NCBI RefSeq assembly: GCF_000734015.1
Contig: NZ_CP008796.1
Span: forward strand, 120,001 to 152,000
Origin: Thermodesulfobacterium commune DSM 2178
GTDB lineage: Bacteria > Desulfobacterota > Thermodesulfobacteria > Thermodesulfobacteriales > Thermodesulfobacteriaceae
Direction: 5' to 3'
Length of the DNA stretch: 32,000 bases
Shown piece by piece: positions 8,390 to 17,892 of the stretch (position 1 is its first letter; each line of letters starts with the position of its first letter). A program made the translations under genes and the position numbers. The notes beneath the pieces are model-generated. The model searched no databases and was not told the DNA's origin. It saw only the letters and a program-made list of their open reading frames with translations.

Positions 8390-8668
8390 TTATGCTTTAG
8401 AAGCAGCTTCTTCTAATTTTTTACCTGGCTTAAACTTAACCACCTTTTTAGCAGGGATTTTGATTGGTGTACCTGTTCTGGGGTTTCTTCCTTCTCTTTC
8501 AGCTCTTTTTAACACCTGAAAGGTTCCAAAACCAACCAATACTACTTTGTCTCCTTTTGAAACTGCTTCTTCTACAGCTTCCATAAAGGCGTCTAAGAGC
8601 TTTTCAGCAGTAGACTTAGGTACTTCTGCGATCTCTGCCATTCTTTTTACGAGGTCTGCCTTGTTCAT
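8390..8668 (-). CDS. hup: DNA-binding protein HU
   Basis: MNKADLVKRMAE...GFGTFQVLKRAEREGRNPRTGTPIKIPAKKVVKFKPGKKL is a classic HU/IHF fold signature. AAGGAGGG lies 5 nt before ATG 8668, so the track's upstream extension to 8704 is unlikely. Confidence 0.92.
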   Translation of the reverse strand: MNKADLVKRMAEIAEVPKSTAEKLLDAFMEAVEEAVSKGDKVVLVGFGTFQVLKRAEREGRNPRTGTPIKIPAKKVVKFKPGKKLEEAASKA

Positions 8669-8705
8669 AATTCCCTCCTTTAGAAGAATTTTCTTATTTT
8701 TCAAT

Positions 8706-8734
8706 TTTATAAAAGATTATTCTTTTTTTGTCAA
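8706..8734 (-). promoter_or_regulatory. Putative strong sigma70-type promoter of hup
   Basis: On the minus strand: TTGACA (8734-8729), a 17-nt spacer, then TATAAA (8711-8706), about 38 nt upstream of the hup ATG. Confidence 0.5.
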
Positions 8735-8773
8735 GGGTAAAAGCCAAGTTTTTGTAGCTTTTTTTTAGATTGA

Positions 8774-9583
8774 CTAAGATTGACAGGTTTGACAAAAGGT
8801 AGTCCCTCTTTGATTGAGTTTTAGGTATTGCAAAGGTTGTCCACAAAAACGGCATTTCTGCCCTTTTTTGCCGTAAACCAGATGTTCTTCTTGAAACTTG
8901 CCTTTTTGTCCAAAGGCATCTAAATAATCTTTTATCGAAGAACCCCTCAATTCTATAGCCTTTTTAAGGAGCATTTTAATGGTATGATAAAGCTTTGCTA
9001 CCTCTTCATCACTGAGCGAACTGGCCTTTCTTAAAGGATGTATACCAGCCCTAAAAAGGGCTTCGTCTACGTAGATATTCCCAAGTCCTGCAATTTTGGT
9101 TTGGTCTAAAAGTAAGGATTTAATAGGTTTTGAAGACCTTTTAAGGATAGAAGAAAATTTTTCTTGTTTTATCTCTAACGCATCCTCTCCTAATTTTTCT
9201 ATTTCTTCAGGAAAATGGGGAAGGTCAAAGGTTTTTATTTTCCCAAACTTTCTTATGTCAAAGTATCCTAAGATTTCGTTTTCAAACCTTAATAGCAGTC
9301 TCAAAAATTTGTGAGGTGGTTGAATAAGACAGTGGTTTAATAGGATTAAACCACCGGTTAAGCCAAAGTGCCATAAGAGACCTTTTTTTTCAAAAATAAA
9401 CAATAGATATTTCCCTTTTCTTTTTATGTCTAAAAGTTTCTCTCCTTCTATGCTAAGTGCACCTTTAAAAGAAATTTTTTTAGTAAATCTCGGGTCTAAT
9501 ATCTCGATTTTAACCAGTTTTTGAAGTAAAAGTTTGGTTTTTAGTTGGTGTCTTATAGTTTCTACTTCAGGAAGTTCAGGCAT
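8774..9583 (-). CDS. mutM: Formamidopyrimidine-DNA glycosylase (Fpg/MutM)
   Basis: N-terminal MPELPEVE (catalytic Pro2/Glu3), an H2TH region and the C-terminal zinc finger CRFCGQPL...TTFCQTCQ. 269 aa. Confidence 0.92.
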   Translation of the reverse strand: MPELPEVETIRHQLKTKLLLQKLVKIEILDPRFTKKISFKGALSIEGEKLLDIKRKGKYLLFIFEKKGLLWHFGLTGGLILLNHCLIQPPHKFLRLLLRFENEILGYFDIRKFGKIKTFDLPHFPEEIEKLGEDALEIKQEKFSSILKRSSKPIKSLLLDQTKIAGLGNIYVDEALFRAGIHPLRKASSLSDEEVAKLYHTIKMLLKKAIELRGSSIKDYLDAFGQKGKFQEEHLVYGKKGQKCRFCGQPLQYLKLNQRGTTFCQTCQS

Positions 9584-9586
9584 AGG

Positions 9587-10693
9587 TTATTCATCCTGAT
9601 CAGGATAAGAGAATCCATTTAAGTGGGTAATTAGGTGATTCTTGTAGATGTCTATGATCGATAGAAAAAGAGCTAAAATAAGAGGCCCTAAAAAAATTCC
9701 TAATACACCAAACTTTACAATTCCACCAAGCACTGAAAAAAAGATGAGAAGGTTGTGGATTTTAGTTTTTCCACCGATTAAAAAGGGTTTTAGGAAGTTG
9801 TCTAAGTTAGAAATGATAACTCCACAAAAAACCAAAAGGATCACCGCTTTTACATAACTTCCTACCAAGAATAGATAGACAACCAAAGGTCCCCAAATGA
9901 GAAAAGTTCCGAAGGCTGGGATGAAAGAGGCTAACATCGTAAGAAAGGCCCAGAAAAGATTATGGGGTATTCCCAACACAAAATAAATAAACAAGGCTAA
10001 AAGTCCCTGGATAAAAGCCGTAAGAATGTTGCCATATAAGACTCCTTTTAGAGTCAACCCTATTCTTTGTAACATTTTTTGTTTTTCTTGGCTTTTGCCA
10101 GGTATAAGGCTGACTATTTCTTGAATCACCTTTTCTCCGTCTATCAAAAAATAGTGTAAAGTAAGGATGGTAAAAGCTAACTGAAAGCCAAAAGAAAATA
10201 GAAATTTAGCCAAATTCGTGATAGAAAAAACCCCTGCCTGAAGGATAGAGGATATTGCTTGAGCGATTTTTTCTTGGATTTGAGGAAGATAAGGTTGTAG
10301 ATAATATAATAGTTTAGTAAAAAAGGCATAAATTTTAGGGTATTTTTTTAGTTGTTCGACAAAATCATAAAGGCTCTGGTTGGCAACAGGTTTAACCCAG
10401 TCTAAGATAGAAAGGATCTGCTGGTAGAGGTTAAAAAGGATGGCTGAAAAAGGTCCTATTACAAATAGGATTAGAAAAAAGAGAACTATAAAAGAAGATA
10501 GGTTTTTACGTTTAAGTTTTTGATAGATTTTTTGATAGCAAGGATAGATAAAAAAAGCAATGATACCCGCCCAGCAAATTATAGAAAAAAGAGGACTTAA
10601 CAGATAAACAAATCCAGCGATGATAAGAAAAGCTAAAAGAAGGGAAATAAAAAGCCCTACTTTATGATAAAAAGTTTCTCTATCGATCTTCAT
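9587..10693 (-). CDS. AI-2E family transporter (PerM/YhhT-like permease)
   Basis: 368 aa with about 8 TM segments. Characteristic C-terminal region: FIPAFGTFLIWGPL ... NLDNFLKPFLIGGKTKIHNLLIFFSVLGG. Confidence 0.8.
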   Translation of the reverse strand: MKIDRETFYHKVGLFISLLLAFLIIAGFVYLLSPLFSIICWAGIIAFFIYPCYQKIYQKLKRKNLSSFIVLFFLILFVIGPFSAILFNLYQQILSILDWVKPVANQSLYDFVEQLKKYPKIYAFFTKLLYYLQPYLPQIQEKIAQAISSILQAGVFSITNLAKFLFSFGFQLAFTILTLHYFLIDGEKVIQEIVSLIPGKSQEKQKMLQRIGLTLKGVLYGNILTAFIQGLLALFIYFVLGIPHNLFWAFLTMLASFIPAFGTFLIWGPLVVYLFLVGSYVKAVILLVFCGVIISNLDNFLKPFLIGGKTKIHNLLIFFSVLGGIVKFGVLGIFLGPLILALFLSIIDIYKNHLITHLNGFSYPDQDE

Positions 10694-10741
10694 CTTTCTT
10701 TCAGTATAGCTTAGGTTATATTTTTCTCAAGGTTTTTTATG

Positions 10742-10769
10742 TTGTAAACTTAAAAATAGATATTATAAT
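10742..10769 (+). promoter_or_regulatory. Putative promoter of the fmdB-DUF1844-ispE... chain; implies a leaderless or near-leaderless start
   Basis: TTGTAA (10742-10747), a 16-nt spacer, then the consensus TATAAT (10764-10769). Only 7 nt (ttaaact, no SD) separate the -10 box from ATG 10777. Confidence 0.4.
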
Positions 10770-10776
10770 TTAAACT

Positions 10777-11148
10777 ATGCCGATTTATGAGTTTAGGTGT
10801 GAAATCTGCGGGGAGGTTTTTGAAAGGTTGCAGAGGATGGATGAAGATTATCCTCCATGTCCTAAATGTGGAAGCTTAGAAGTAATGAAACTTCCCTCTA
10901 TTTTTGGATTTCAAGATAGGATATCTCAAAAATCTCAAAGAGAGCTCTCTATCCTTAAGAGAGCCAGAGATTATTTAATAGACGGTAAGGTAGGGGAGGC
11001 CCGTCGGTTTTTAGAAAAAGCCAAAGAGTTTCATCCTTCAGATAGGGTAAAAAAGCTCTCCGACCTTCTTTCAGAAAGAAAAGCAGTGAGAACAGGATAT
11101 ATAAGTAAGACTGAATATGTGATTACCAAAAAGAAGGAGAAAGGATAA
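10777..11148 (+). CDS. FmdB-family zinc-ribbon protein (CxxC_CxxC_SSSS) with a basic helical C-terminal extension
   Basis: MPIYEFRCEICGEVFE...CPKCGS is the canonical FmdB regulatory zinc-ribbon N-terminus. Confidence 0.75.
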   Translation: MPIYEFRCEICGEVFERLQRMDEDYPPCPKCGSLEVMKLPSIFGFQDRISQKSQRELSILKRARDYLIDGKVGEARRFLEKAKEFHPSDRVKKLSDLLSERKAVRTGYISKTEYVITKKKEKG

Positions 11149-11149
11149 A

Positions 11150-11422
11150 ATGGGTAAAGAGCAGGATGACCTCTTTTCAAACCTAATTACCTTTAGTACG
11201 TTTATCCTTTCTCTAAACACTGCTGCCCTTATCCATTTGGGAGAGCTTCCAAACCCCTTAACCAACAAAAAAGAGGTAAACCTTCTGTTAGCTAAACAAA
11301 CCATAGATACGATTGAGATGCTAAAAGAAAAAACTAAAGGCAATCTTACTTTAGACGAAGAACGTCTGATTAATGCGATACTTTATGAGCTTAAACTTAA
11401 ATTTTTGAAGGTTTCAGATTAA
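11150..11422 (+). CDS. DUF1844-like small protein
   Basis: 90 aa. The pattern FSTFILSLNTAALIHLGELPNP...NLLLAKQTIDTIEMLKEKTKGNLT..E..L....LYELKLKF matches my recollection of DUF1844. ATG lies 1 nt after the fmdB stop. Confidence 0.55.
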   Translation: MGKEQDDLFSNLITFSTFILSLNTAALIHLGELPNPLTNKKEVNLLLAKQTIDTIEMLKEKTKGNLTLDEERLINAILYELKLKFLKVSD

Positions 11423-11435
11423 AGGTTCTATTCTT

Positions 11436-12278
11436 ATGAAAAAATATCTTTTCCTATCTCCAGCCAAGCTAAATTTGGTCTTGCAAGTACTAAGTCGGAG
11501 AGAAGATGGATATCATAATCTTTATACGATTTTTCAAAAAATAGACCTTTTTGATGAGATAGAAATTAAAAAAGGGACTTTAGATTTTAGGTTGGATTTT
11601 ATTTCTGACAGAGGCGATATTCCTCTGGAAGAAAATTTGGTTTATAAGGCTTATATAAAGTTTAAAGAAACTTTTAGGATTAACGAAAATCATCATATAA
11701 GGGTAAAAAAAACGATTCCCATCGGAGCTGGCTTAGGAGGGGGGAGTAGTAATGCTGCTACCATACTTAAAGGTTTAGCCTATATTTATGGTATAGATCG
11801 AGAAGAACCTTTATTGTATAGCATAGCTAAGAGTTTAGGAGCAGATGTGCCTTTTTTTTTAAGTCCTTATGTTGCAGCTATAGGTGAAGGCATAGGAGAT
11901 GTTTTAATACCTTATCCTTCTTTTCAAGCGTGGTATCTACTTATTTGTCCTAACTTTGAAATAAGTACTAAGTGGGCTTATCAAAATTTAGGATTGACAA
12001 ATTCAAAAAATCCTGTTTATTATTCTACCGAAGTCTCCCCTTGGAGACATCCTCAAGGCCTTATAAACGATTTTAAGGCCTTAGTTTTTAACAAGTTTCC
12101 TTTTTTAAAAGAGCTTGAAACTAAACTTAAAACTTTTGGGTGCTGTGCTGTTAGTCTTAGTGGTACAGGCCCAACAATTTTTGGGATTTTTGAAAAAGAA
12201 CCTCCCTTTTATGTTTATGAAACCCTAAAAAGAACACTTAAGGAAGTCAAGGTATTTTTATTGCAAAATTTGGAATAG
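11436..12278 (+). CDS. ispE: 4-diphosphocytidyl-2-C-methyl-D-erythritol kinase
   Basis: GHMP-kinase motif [14 protein letters not shown] and an N-terminal SPAKLNL. 280 aa. Conserved ispE-prs-ctc-pth order. Confidence 0.9.
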   Translation: MKKYLFLSPAKLNLVLQVLSRREDGYHNLYTIFQKIDLFDEIEIKKGTLDFRLDFISDRGDIPLEENLVYKAYIKFKETFRINENHHIRVKKTIPIGAGLGGGSSNAATILKGLAYIYGIDREEPLLYSIAKSLGADVPFFLSPYVAAIGEGIGDVLIPYPSFQAWYLLICPNFEISTKWAYQNLGLTNSKNPVYYSTEVSPWRHPQGLINDFKALVFNKFPFLKELETKLKTFGCCAVSLSGTGPTIFGIFEKEPPFYVYETLKRTLKEVKVFLLQNLE

Positions 12279-12297
12279 GTTAGGAGGAGAAATAAAG

Positions 12298-13254
12298 ATG
12301 GGAGGGTATAATTTTAAAGGGATTTGTGTGTTCTCTGGTAGTGCTAATCTAGATTTAGCAGAAAAGATTTGTAGTTTTTTAGACCTTCCTTTAGGTAAGG
12401 CGGTAGTAAAGCGTTTTAGCGATGGAGAGATTTTTGTTGAGATTAAAGATAACATAAGAGGAGCAGACGTTTTTATTATCCAACCTACCTGTCCCCCTGT
12501 AAACGAACATTTGATGGAACTTCTTATTATGATAGATGCAGCTCGTAGGGCTTCAGCCAGAAGAATTACTGCGGTTATTCCTTATTATGGATATGCAAGG
12601 CAGGATAGAAAAACAGCTCCAAGAACTCCTATTTCAGCCAAGTTAGTAGCTAATTTGATAGTCGTAGCAGGGGCAAGAAGAGTTTTAACTGTTGACCTTC
12701 ATGCTGGACAGATCCAAGGTTTTTTTGACATACCTGTAGATCATCTTTATGCCTTACCGGTTTTTTTAAAGCACATCAAGGAGAATTTTTCAGGAAAAGA
12801 CTTAGTTATCGTTTCTCCTGATGCCGGTGGAGTAGAAAGGGCAAGAGAGTATGCTAAAAGGCTAGGAGCCTCTATCGCTATCATAGATAAAAGAAGAGAA
12901 CGTCCTAATGAAAGTGCTGTCATGCATATTATAGGAGAAGTAAAGGATAAAATAGCCATCATCATAGACGATATGGTAGATACAGCTGGTACTATGTGTC
13001 AAGCAGCTGATGCTATCATAGAAAGAGGAGCTTTAGAGGTTTATGGAATGGCAACCCATCCTGTACTTTCTGGTAAGGCTTTAGAAAGGATTGCTAATTC
13101 TTCGTTGAAAGCTCTTTGGGTAAGTGATACCATACCGTTAAGAGAGGAAGCAAAGGCTATAGGTAAGATAAAGGTTCTTTCTTTGGCAGGTTTGTTGGCT
13201 GAAGCTATAAGAAGGATACACACCGACGAGTCTATAAGTTCTCTTTTTGTATAA
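12298..13254 (+). CDS. prs: Ribose-phosphate pyrophosphokinase
   Basis: Motifs [21 protein letters not shown] and the PRPP-binding loop [11 protein letters not shown]. 318 aa. Confidence 0.95.
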   Translation: MGGYNFKGICVFSGSANLDLAEKICSFLDLPLGKAVVKRFSDGEIFVEIKDNIRGADVFIIQPTCPPVNEHLMELLIMIDAARRASARRITAVIPYYGYARQDRKTAPRTPISAKLVANLIVVAGARRVLTVDLHAGQIQGFFDIPVDHLYALPVFLKHIKENFSGKDLVIVSPDAGGVERAREYAKRLGASIAIIDKRRERPNESAVMHIIGEVKDKIAIIIDDMVDTAGTMCQAADAIIERGALEVYGMATHPVLSGKALERIANSSLKALWVSDTIPLREEAKAIGKIKVLSLAGLLAEAIRRIHTDESISSLFV

Positions 13255-13286
13255 ATTTTTTTTAACTAAAAGGAGGAGGAGATACA

Positions 13287-13886
13287 ATGAGACAGGTGAA
13301 TTTATCAGTTGTTAAAAGAGAAAAAACTGGTAAGGAATGTGCTAAAAAGTTGCGCAAACAAGGTCTGATACCAGCTATAGTCTATGGACATAATTTTGAT
13401 CCAGTTCCTATCTCGGTAAAAGCTAACGAACTTGAAAGTATTTTGCATAAATACAAAGGTGAAACCTTACTTTTTAACTTGGAGGTACAAAACGGAGAAA
13501 CTCAGAGAATACAAGCTATTTTAAAAGACTATCAGCTCCATCCTGTTACCGATAAGATTATTCACCTTGATTTTGTAGCGATTAAAGAGGGAGAAACTGT
13601 AAGTATAGACGTACCTTTAGAGTTTGTAGGACGTCCAGTAGGACTTACTAAAGGTGGAGTAATCGAAATTTTTATGCATGATTTAACGGTAGAATGTCTT
13701 CCTTCTAACATCCCTGATAAAATCCAGGTAGATATATCTAACTTAGATTTAGGAGATGTTTTACATGTAAAAGATATAAAAGTTCCTGAGGGAGTAAAAG
13801 TTTTAGATGATCCTGAGGATACCGTGATTACCATCGTAGCTGAAGGTGGAGAAGGAGAGGGGGCTTCTACAGAGGAATCTGAATAG
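13287..13886 (+). CDS. rplY: 50S ribosomal protein L25 / general stress protein Ctc
   Basis: KLRKQGLIPAIVYG, a two-domain Ctc form with an acidic tail. The strong SD AAAGGAGGAGGAG lies upstream. Confidence 0.9.
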   Translation: MRQVNLSVVKREKTGKECAKKLRKQGLIPAIVYGHNFDPVPISVKANELESILHKYKGETLLFNLEVQNGETQRIQAILKDYQLHPVTDKIIHLDFVAIKEGETVSIDVPLEFVGRPVGLTKGGVIEIFMHDLTVECLPSNIPDKIQVDISNLDLGDVLHVKDIKVPEGVKVLDDPEDTVITIVAEGGEGEGASTEESE

Positions 13887-13892
13887 TTAAAG

Positions 13893-14456
13893 ATGTGGCT
13901 TTTTTGCGGATTAGGTAATCCTGGAGAGGAGTATAAAGAAACAAGGCACAATTTTGGATTTTTAGTTTTAGAGGCCTTTGCTGAAAGGCATAAGCTTAAG
14001 TTTAATTTTTATAAAGAAATGGAAAGTGAAGTAGCCTTTTATAAAGATAAAGCAATTTTAGTTAAACCCCAAACTTATATGAACCTTTCTGGTAGAGCGG
14101 TTAAGAAGTGGGTTTTAAAAGAACGAATATCGTTAAACAATCTTTTGGTAATCTATGATGATATGGACCTTCCTTTAGGGAAATTAAAGATTTTACCTAA
14201 GGGAGGAGCCGGTGGGCATAAAGGCATGCTTTCGATTATAGAGTGTTTGGGTTCTTCTGATTTCCCAAGAATGAAGTTAGGAATAGGTAAACCTGAAGAT
14301 AAAGACGTGGTGAGTTATGTGCTAAGCCCATTTAACGAAGAAGAGAAAGAGAAAGTAAAAAAAATACTCGAAGTAGCGGTAGCTGCTTTAGAAGATCTTC
14401 TTTATAAGGGTCTGCTGAAGACAATGACTATTTATAATTCACAGGCAGTGGTGTAA
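13893..14456 (+). CDS. pth: Peptidyl-tRNA hydrolase
   Basis: GLGNPGEEYKETRHNFGF (catalytic His context), MNLSG and DDMDLPLGKLK. 187 aa. Confidence 0.92.
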   Translation: MWLFCGLGNPGEEYKETRHNFGFLVLEAFAERHKLKFNFYKEMESEVAFYKDKAILVKPQTYMNLSGRAVKKWVLKERISLNNLLVIYDDMDLPLGKLKILPKGGAGGHKGMLSIIECLGSSDFPRMKLGIGKPEDKDVVSYVLSPFNEEEKEKVKKILEVAVAALEDLLYKGLLKTMTIYNSQAVV

Positions 14457-14457
14457 G

Positions 14458-14922
14458 ATGAACTTAGCACGTTGGAACTATTATGTGCAAGGCTTTTTTT
14501 TGAAGTTTGAAAGAGTTCTTTATATTTTAATCGGGTTAGGGATACTGATTGCCACTGGTTTTATCATCTTTTACGGGTTTAAAACTATTTTAGCGATCCC
14601 TACGTATGTCAACTTTACAGAGGGAATTATTAAGGTATTGGATAAATTTTTAATAGCCATGATGTTTCTGGAAGTTTTTTATACTCTACAGGTGATTTTT
14701 GGAGAAGAATATAAGATTAAATGTTTAGAGCCTTTTTTACTGGTAGGAATCATTGCTTTAGTCCGAAGACTTTTGATCGTAGGCTTTGAGATAGCTCATA
14801 CCCCTTCTTTTGACCCAGAACGTTTTAAGTATTATCTTTTTGAGATATTAGCGATAGGTATATTGATTTTGATGTTGATAGGAGGAATAGCTATTTTAAG
14901 AAAGTTGAGGGTTGGAAGATGA
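14458..14922 (+). CDS. Small 4-TM membrane protein, PsiE-like (phosphate-starvation-inducible family), tentative
   Basis: 154 aa with four hydrophobic helices. The pattern [13 protein letters not shown] ... [14 protein letters not shown] resembles PsiE-family proteins. Its stop overlaps the guaA start (ATGA). Confidence 0.4.
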   Translation: MNLARWNYYVQGFFLKFERVLYILIGLGILIATGFIIFYGFKTILAIPTYVNFTEGIIKVLDKFLIAMMFLEVFYTLQVIFGEEYKIKCLEPFLLVGIIALVRRLLIVGFEIAHTPSFDPERFKYYLFEILAIGILILMLIGGIAILRKLRVGR

Positions 14923-16460
14923 TACATAAAATATTAGTTCTTGATTTTGGTTCTCAGACTACTCAGCTTATTGCTAGAAGGATTAGAGAATTAGGGGTTT
15001 ATAGTGAAATAAAACCTTGTTTTGTGTCTTTGGAGGAGATAAAAGGTTTTAACCCTTCAGGGATCATTCTTTCAGGAGGCCCAAGCAGTGTTTACGATAA
15101 AGATGCACCTATGATATCTGCTGAGATTTTTGAATTAGGGATTCCGATTTTAGGTATTTGCTATGGATTACAGTTGATAAGTTATCTTTTAGGGGGGAAG
15201 GTAGAAAGAAGTGAAAAACGAGAATTTGGTCCTGCTTATATTAAAATAATAGAAGAAAATGCCCTTTTTAAAGGATTAAAAAAGGGGGAGAAATATAAGG
15301 TATGGATGAGTCATAGCGATAAAATTGAGTTTTTACCTGAAGGGTTTTATGTATTGGCTGAGACAGAAAATACCCCTTTTGCTGCTGTAGCCCATGTAGA
15401 AAAACCTATCTATGGGGTTCAGTTTCATCCAGAGGTAGTCCATACAGAGATAGGCCAGGATGTGTTGAGAAACTTTGTTTTTGAGATTTGTGGATGTACA
15501 GCTGATTGGAGTATGCCTTCTTTTATAGAAAAAACCGTAGAAGATATTAAAAATCTGGTTAAAGAAGATGAAAAGGTAATCTGTGCCCTTTCCGGAGGTA
15601 TAGACTCTACCGTAACAGCGCTTTTAGTCCATAAAGCCATAGGAGATAGGTTGATTCCCATTTTTGTAAACAACGGAGTTTTAAGAAAAAACGAACCAGA
15701 AGAAGTGCTATCTTTGATGAAAAGTTTAGGGCTAAAAGTAGATTATGTAGACGCAAGCTCTCTTTTTCTGGAGAGATTAAAGGGGGTTGAAGACCCAGAG
15801 AAAAAAAGAAAGATTATCGGGGAAACCTTTATAGAGGTGTTTGAAAAAGAAGCTAAAAAGTTTGATAACGTGGTTTATCTTGCTCAAGGTACTTTATACC
15901 CGGATGTAATTGAAAGTGTTTCTTTTAAAGGACCCTCTGCTACCATCAAGTCCCATCATAACGTAGGTGGGTTACCTGAAAGGATGCACCTTAAGTTGAT
16001 AGAACCTTTGCGAGAGCTTTTTAAGGATGAGGTGAGAAAGATAGCAGAACTTTTAGGTTTACCTAAACATATTATATGGAGGCAACCTTTTCCAGGCCCA
16101 GGTCTTGCTATAAGAATAATAGGAGAAGTCTCGGAAGAAAAACTGGATATTTTAAGAGAGGCTGACGCGATAGTTAGAGAAGAGATGCTCAACTCAGGTT
16201 GGTATTATAAGGTCTGGCAAAGCTTTGCGGTCCTTTTGCCGGTAAAGACAGTAGGGGTTATGGGAGATGCAAGAACCTATGAATATGTGGTGGCGATTAG
16301 ATGTGTGGAAAGTCAAGATGCTATGACTGCTGACTGGGTAAAATTGCCTTATGATCTGTTAGAAAGGCTGTCGAATCGGATTATAAACGAGGTAAAAGGG
16401 GTTAACAGGGTGGTTTACGATATTTCTTCTAAACCTCCAGCTACGATCGAGTGGGAATGA
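14919..16460 (+). CDS. guaA: GMP synthase (glutamine-hydrolysing)
   Basis: GATase [12 protein letters not shown], the ATP-PPase P-loop SGGIDSTV and the C-terminal KPPATIEWE. 513 aa. Confidence 0.96.
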   Translation: MIHKILVLDFGSQTTQLIARRIRELGVYSEIKPCFVSLEEIKGFNPSGIILSGGPSSVYDKDAPMISAEIFELGIPILGICYGLQLISYLLGGKVERSEKREFGPAYIKIIEENALFKGLKKGEKYKVWMSHSDKIEFLPEGFYVLAETENTPFAAVAHVEKPIYGVQFHPEVVHTEIGQDVLRNFVFEICGCTADWSMPSFIEKTVEDIKNLVKEDEKVICALSGGIDSTVTALLVHKAIGDRLIPIFVNNGVLRKNEPEEVLSLMKSLGLKVDYVDASSLFLERLKGVEDPEKKRKIIGETFIEVFEKEAKKFDNVVYLAQGTLYPDVIESVSFKGPSATIKSHHNVGGLPERMHLKLIEPLRELFKDEVRKIAELLGLPKHIIWRQPFPGPGLAIRIIGEVSEEKLDILREADAIVREEMLNSGWYYKVWQSFAVLLPVKTVGVMGDARTYEYVVAIRCVESQDAMTADWVKLPYDLLERLSNRIINEVKGVNRVVYDISSKPPATIEWE

Positions 16461-17008
16461 ACTTTTATAGAAAAGCTTTACATTTAGGTTTTGGTTTTCT
16501 AATTTTTGGGCTGTCTTATGTTGTTTCTTATCACCTACTAGGCCTTCTTTTAGTAAGTCTGGTTATTTTAAACTCTGTCTTTGAAGTTTTAAGACTCTTT
16601 TTTTATGATTATCTTCCTTTGAAAAGGCTTTGGACCCCACTCTTTAAAAAAGAAGAATTTTACAAAATAAGTGATGGTTGGTTTTATTTGGTCGGAACTA
16701 CTTGCCTTTATTATTTGGTAGGGAAGGAAGATTTTCGTTTGGTGCTTTTGATTTTAACCTTGGCTGACCCGATAGCCTCTTTGGTAGGTTTTTACTCAGG
16801 GAAAAAGAAAATATTTCAGGGAAAGACTTTAGAGGGAGGGGTAGCATTTTTTTTGATGTCTCTTTTGATTGTTTTTGTGTTTAAAGGGTTGGTAACCTTT
16901 CAGTATTTTGGTTTAATCTCCCTTCTTACTTTTATAGAACTTTTAACTAAGAGGGATAATTTCTGGATTCCATTGGTAGGTGGTCTTTACCTTAAATATC
17001 TTGTTTAG
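16457..17008 (+). CDS. Integral membrane protein of the CdsA/polyprenol (dolichol/phytol) kinase superfamily, tentative
   Basis: About 6 TM segments. [32 protein letters not shown] resembles the CTP-transferase-1 family signature (D..A...G...G....KS.EGS.A.F). ATG 16457 overlaps the guaA stop (ATGA); the track's GTG 16451 is the alternative start. Confidence 0.4.
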   Translation: MNFYRKALHLGFGFLIFGLSYVVSYHLLGLLLVSLVILNSVFEVLRLFFYDYLPLKRLWTPLFKKEEFYKISDGWFYLVGTTCLYYLVGKEDFRLVLLILTLADPIASLVGFYSGKKKIFQGKTLEGGVAFFLMSLLIVFVFKGLVTFQYFGLISLLTFIELLTKRDNFWIPLVGGLYLKYLV

Positions 17009-17082
17009 AGTCAGGTTTCTATAGGGCTTAATCTTTCTCAAAAGGTGCCTATGAGAAGGTTGTAGGTTGACTAAAATATCCC

Positions 17083-17110
17083 TTTGACTTTTTTAGATTT
17101 AGAGGTATTT
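17083..17110 (+). promoter_or_regulatory. Putative promoter for yceD-rpmF-plsX-fabH
   Basis: TTGACT (17083-17088), a 16-nt spacer, then TATTTT (17105-17110), inside a 132-nt intergenic gap. A second TTGACT at 17066 has no matching -10 box. Confidence 0.3.
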
Positions 17111-17140
17111 TAAAACAAAAGAAGAGAGGTTTAGAAAAAC

Positions 17141-17689
17141 ATGGAAGAACTTAAGAATTGGGGTATTAGTTTAGAAGACATTCCTTTAGAGGGATTAAAA
17201 GTTGAATTTACTGATGTTCAGGTTTTAGAGGGGTTTAAGATAAAAAAGCCTCTTTTTGGATTTTTTAAATTGAAAAAATTAGGTATTGAGGTAAAATTAG
17301 AAGGCTTTATAAGTGGCTCTTTGGTTTTAGAGTGTGATAGATGTTTAACAGAGTTTGAGTTTGATTTAGAGCATTCTTTTGCTTTAGATTTAAAGCCGTT
17401 AAGATCTCTTAATTTTGATGAGGAAAAAGAGCTTTCAGATGAGGAGATGGAGGTAAGTTTTTTTGAAAACTCTTGGATTTCTTTTTATGACATATTAAGA
17501 GAGGAGATCTGGTTATCTATTCCTTACAAGAAGCTTTGTAAAGAAAGCTGTAAGGGACTTTGTTCATATTGTGGGGTTAACCTTAATGAAAGAAGTTGCA
17601 GTTGTGGGGTATATAAAAAAGAAAGTCCTTTTGCGGTATTAAAGCAGATGATAGAAAAGGAGAGTTTGGAAAAAAGAGGAGGTAAGTAA
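17141..17689 (+). CDS. yceD: YceD/DUF177 family protein (large-subunit ribosomal RNA accumulation protein)
   Basis: C-terminal [23 protein letters not shown] cysteine cluster. It lies directly upstream of rpmF, the conserved arrangement. Confidence 0.8.
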   Translation: MEELKNWGISLEDIPLEGLKVEFTDVQVLEGFKIKKPLFGFFKLKKLGIEVKLEGFISGSLVLECDRCLTEFEFDLEHSFALDLKPLRSLNFDEEKELSDEEMEVSFFENSWISFYDILREEIWLSIPYKKLCKESCKGLCSYCGVNLNERSCSCGVYKKESPFAVLKQMIEKESLEKRGGK

Positions 17690-17690
17690 C

Positions 17691-17873
17691 ATGGCTGTAC
17701 CTAAGCGAAAGACTTCAAGGTCAAGAAGAGGAATGAGGAGGGCTCATAAGCATTTAGAAGCTCCTTCTTTTTCTGTGTGTCCAAGGTGTAAATCTGCTAA
17801 ACTTCCTCACAGAGTTTGTCCAAGCTGTGGGTATTACAAAAGTAAACAGGTTTTAGAAAAAGAATCTTCTTAG
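17691..17873 (+). CDS. rpmF: 50S ribosomal protein L32 (zinc-ribbon form)
   Basis: [19 protein letters not shown] plus CPRC...CPSCG. Confidence 0.95.
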   Translation: MAVPKRKTSRSRRGMRRAHKHLEAPSFSVCPRCKSAKLPHRVCPSCGYYKSKQVLEKESS

Positions 17874-17892
17874 TTTTTAGTCATCTAAACCT

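Noticed and set aside
8547-8768. Antisense or shadow ORFs in the track: 791-991(-), 3290-3562(+), 8547-8768(+), 9096-9314(+), 9648-9857(+), 11071-11343(-), 12258-12455(-), 12747-12965(-), 13041-13223(-), 13562-13951(-), 15425-15673(-), 15956-16192(-), 18027-18332(-), 18522-18869(-), 19253-19468(-), 22249-22431(+), 22672-22878(-), 25079-25324(-), 27357-27587(-), 31060-31308(+)
   Set aside because: Each lies entirely or almost entirely opposite a confidently identified gene. They have low-complexity S/P/L/K-rich translations typical of antisense frames, lack an SD, and have no recognisable motifs.
8768-8795. Three closely spaced TTGAC(A) boxes (gattgac-taa-gattgac-agg-tttgaca) that look like a repeated operator or -35 array
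   Set aside because: Two of them are the reverse complement of the MutM zinc-finger codons (TGT CAA ACC TGT CAA = CQTCQ), so the repetition is explained by coding sequence. No matching -10 box or downstream + strand gene exists.
17020-17060. Imperfect hairpin CTTTCTCA-N11-TGAGAAGG after the CdsA-like membrane gene, considered as an intrinsic terminator
   Set aside because: The stem has only 8 bp with a G:U pair, the loop is large (11 nt), and no U-tract follows. The evidence is too weak to annotate.
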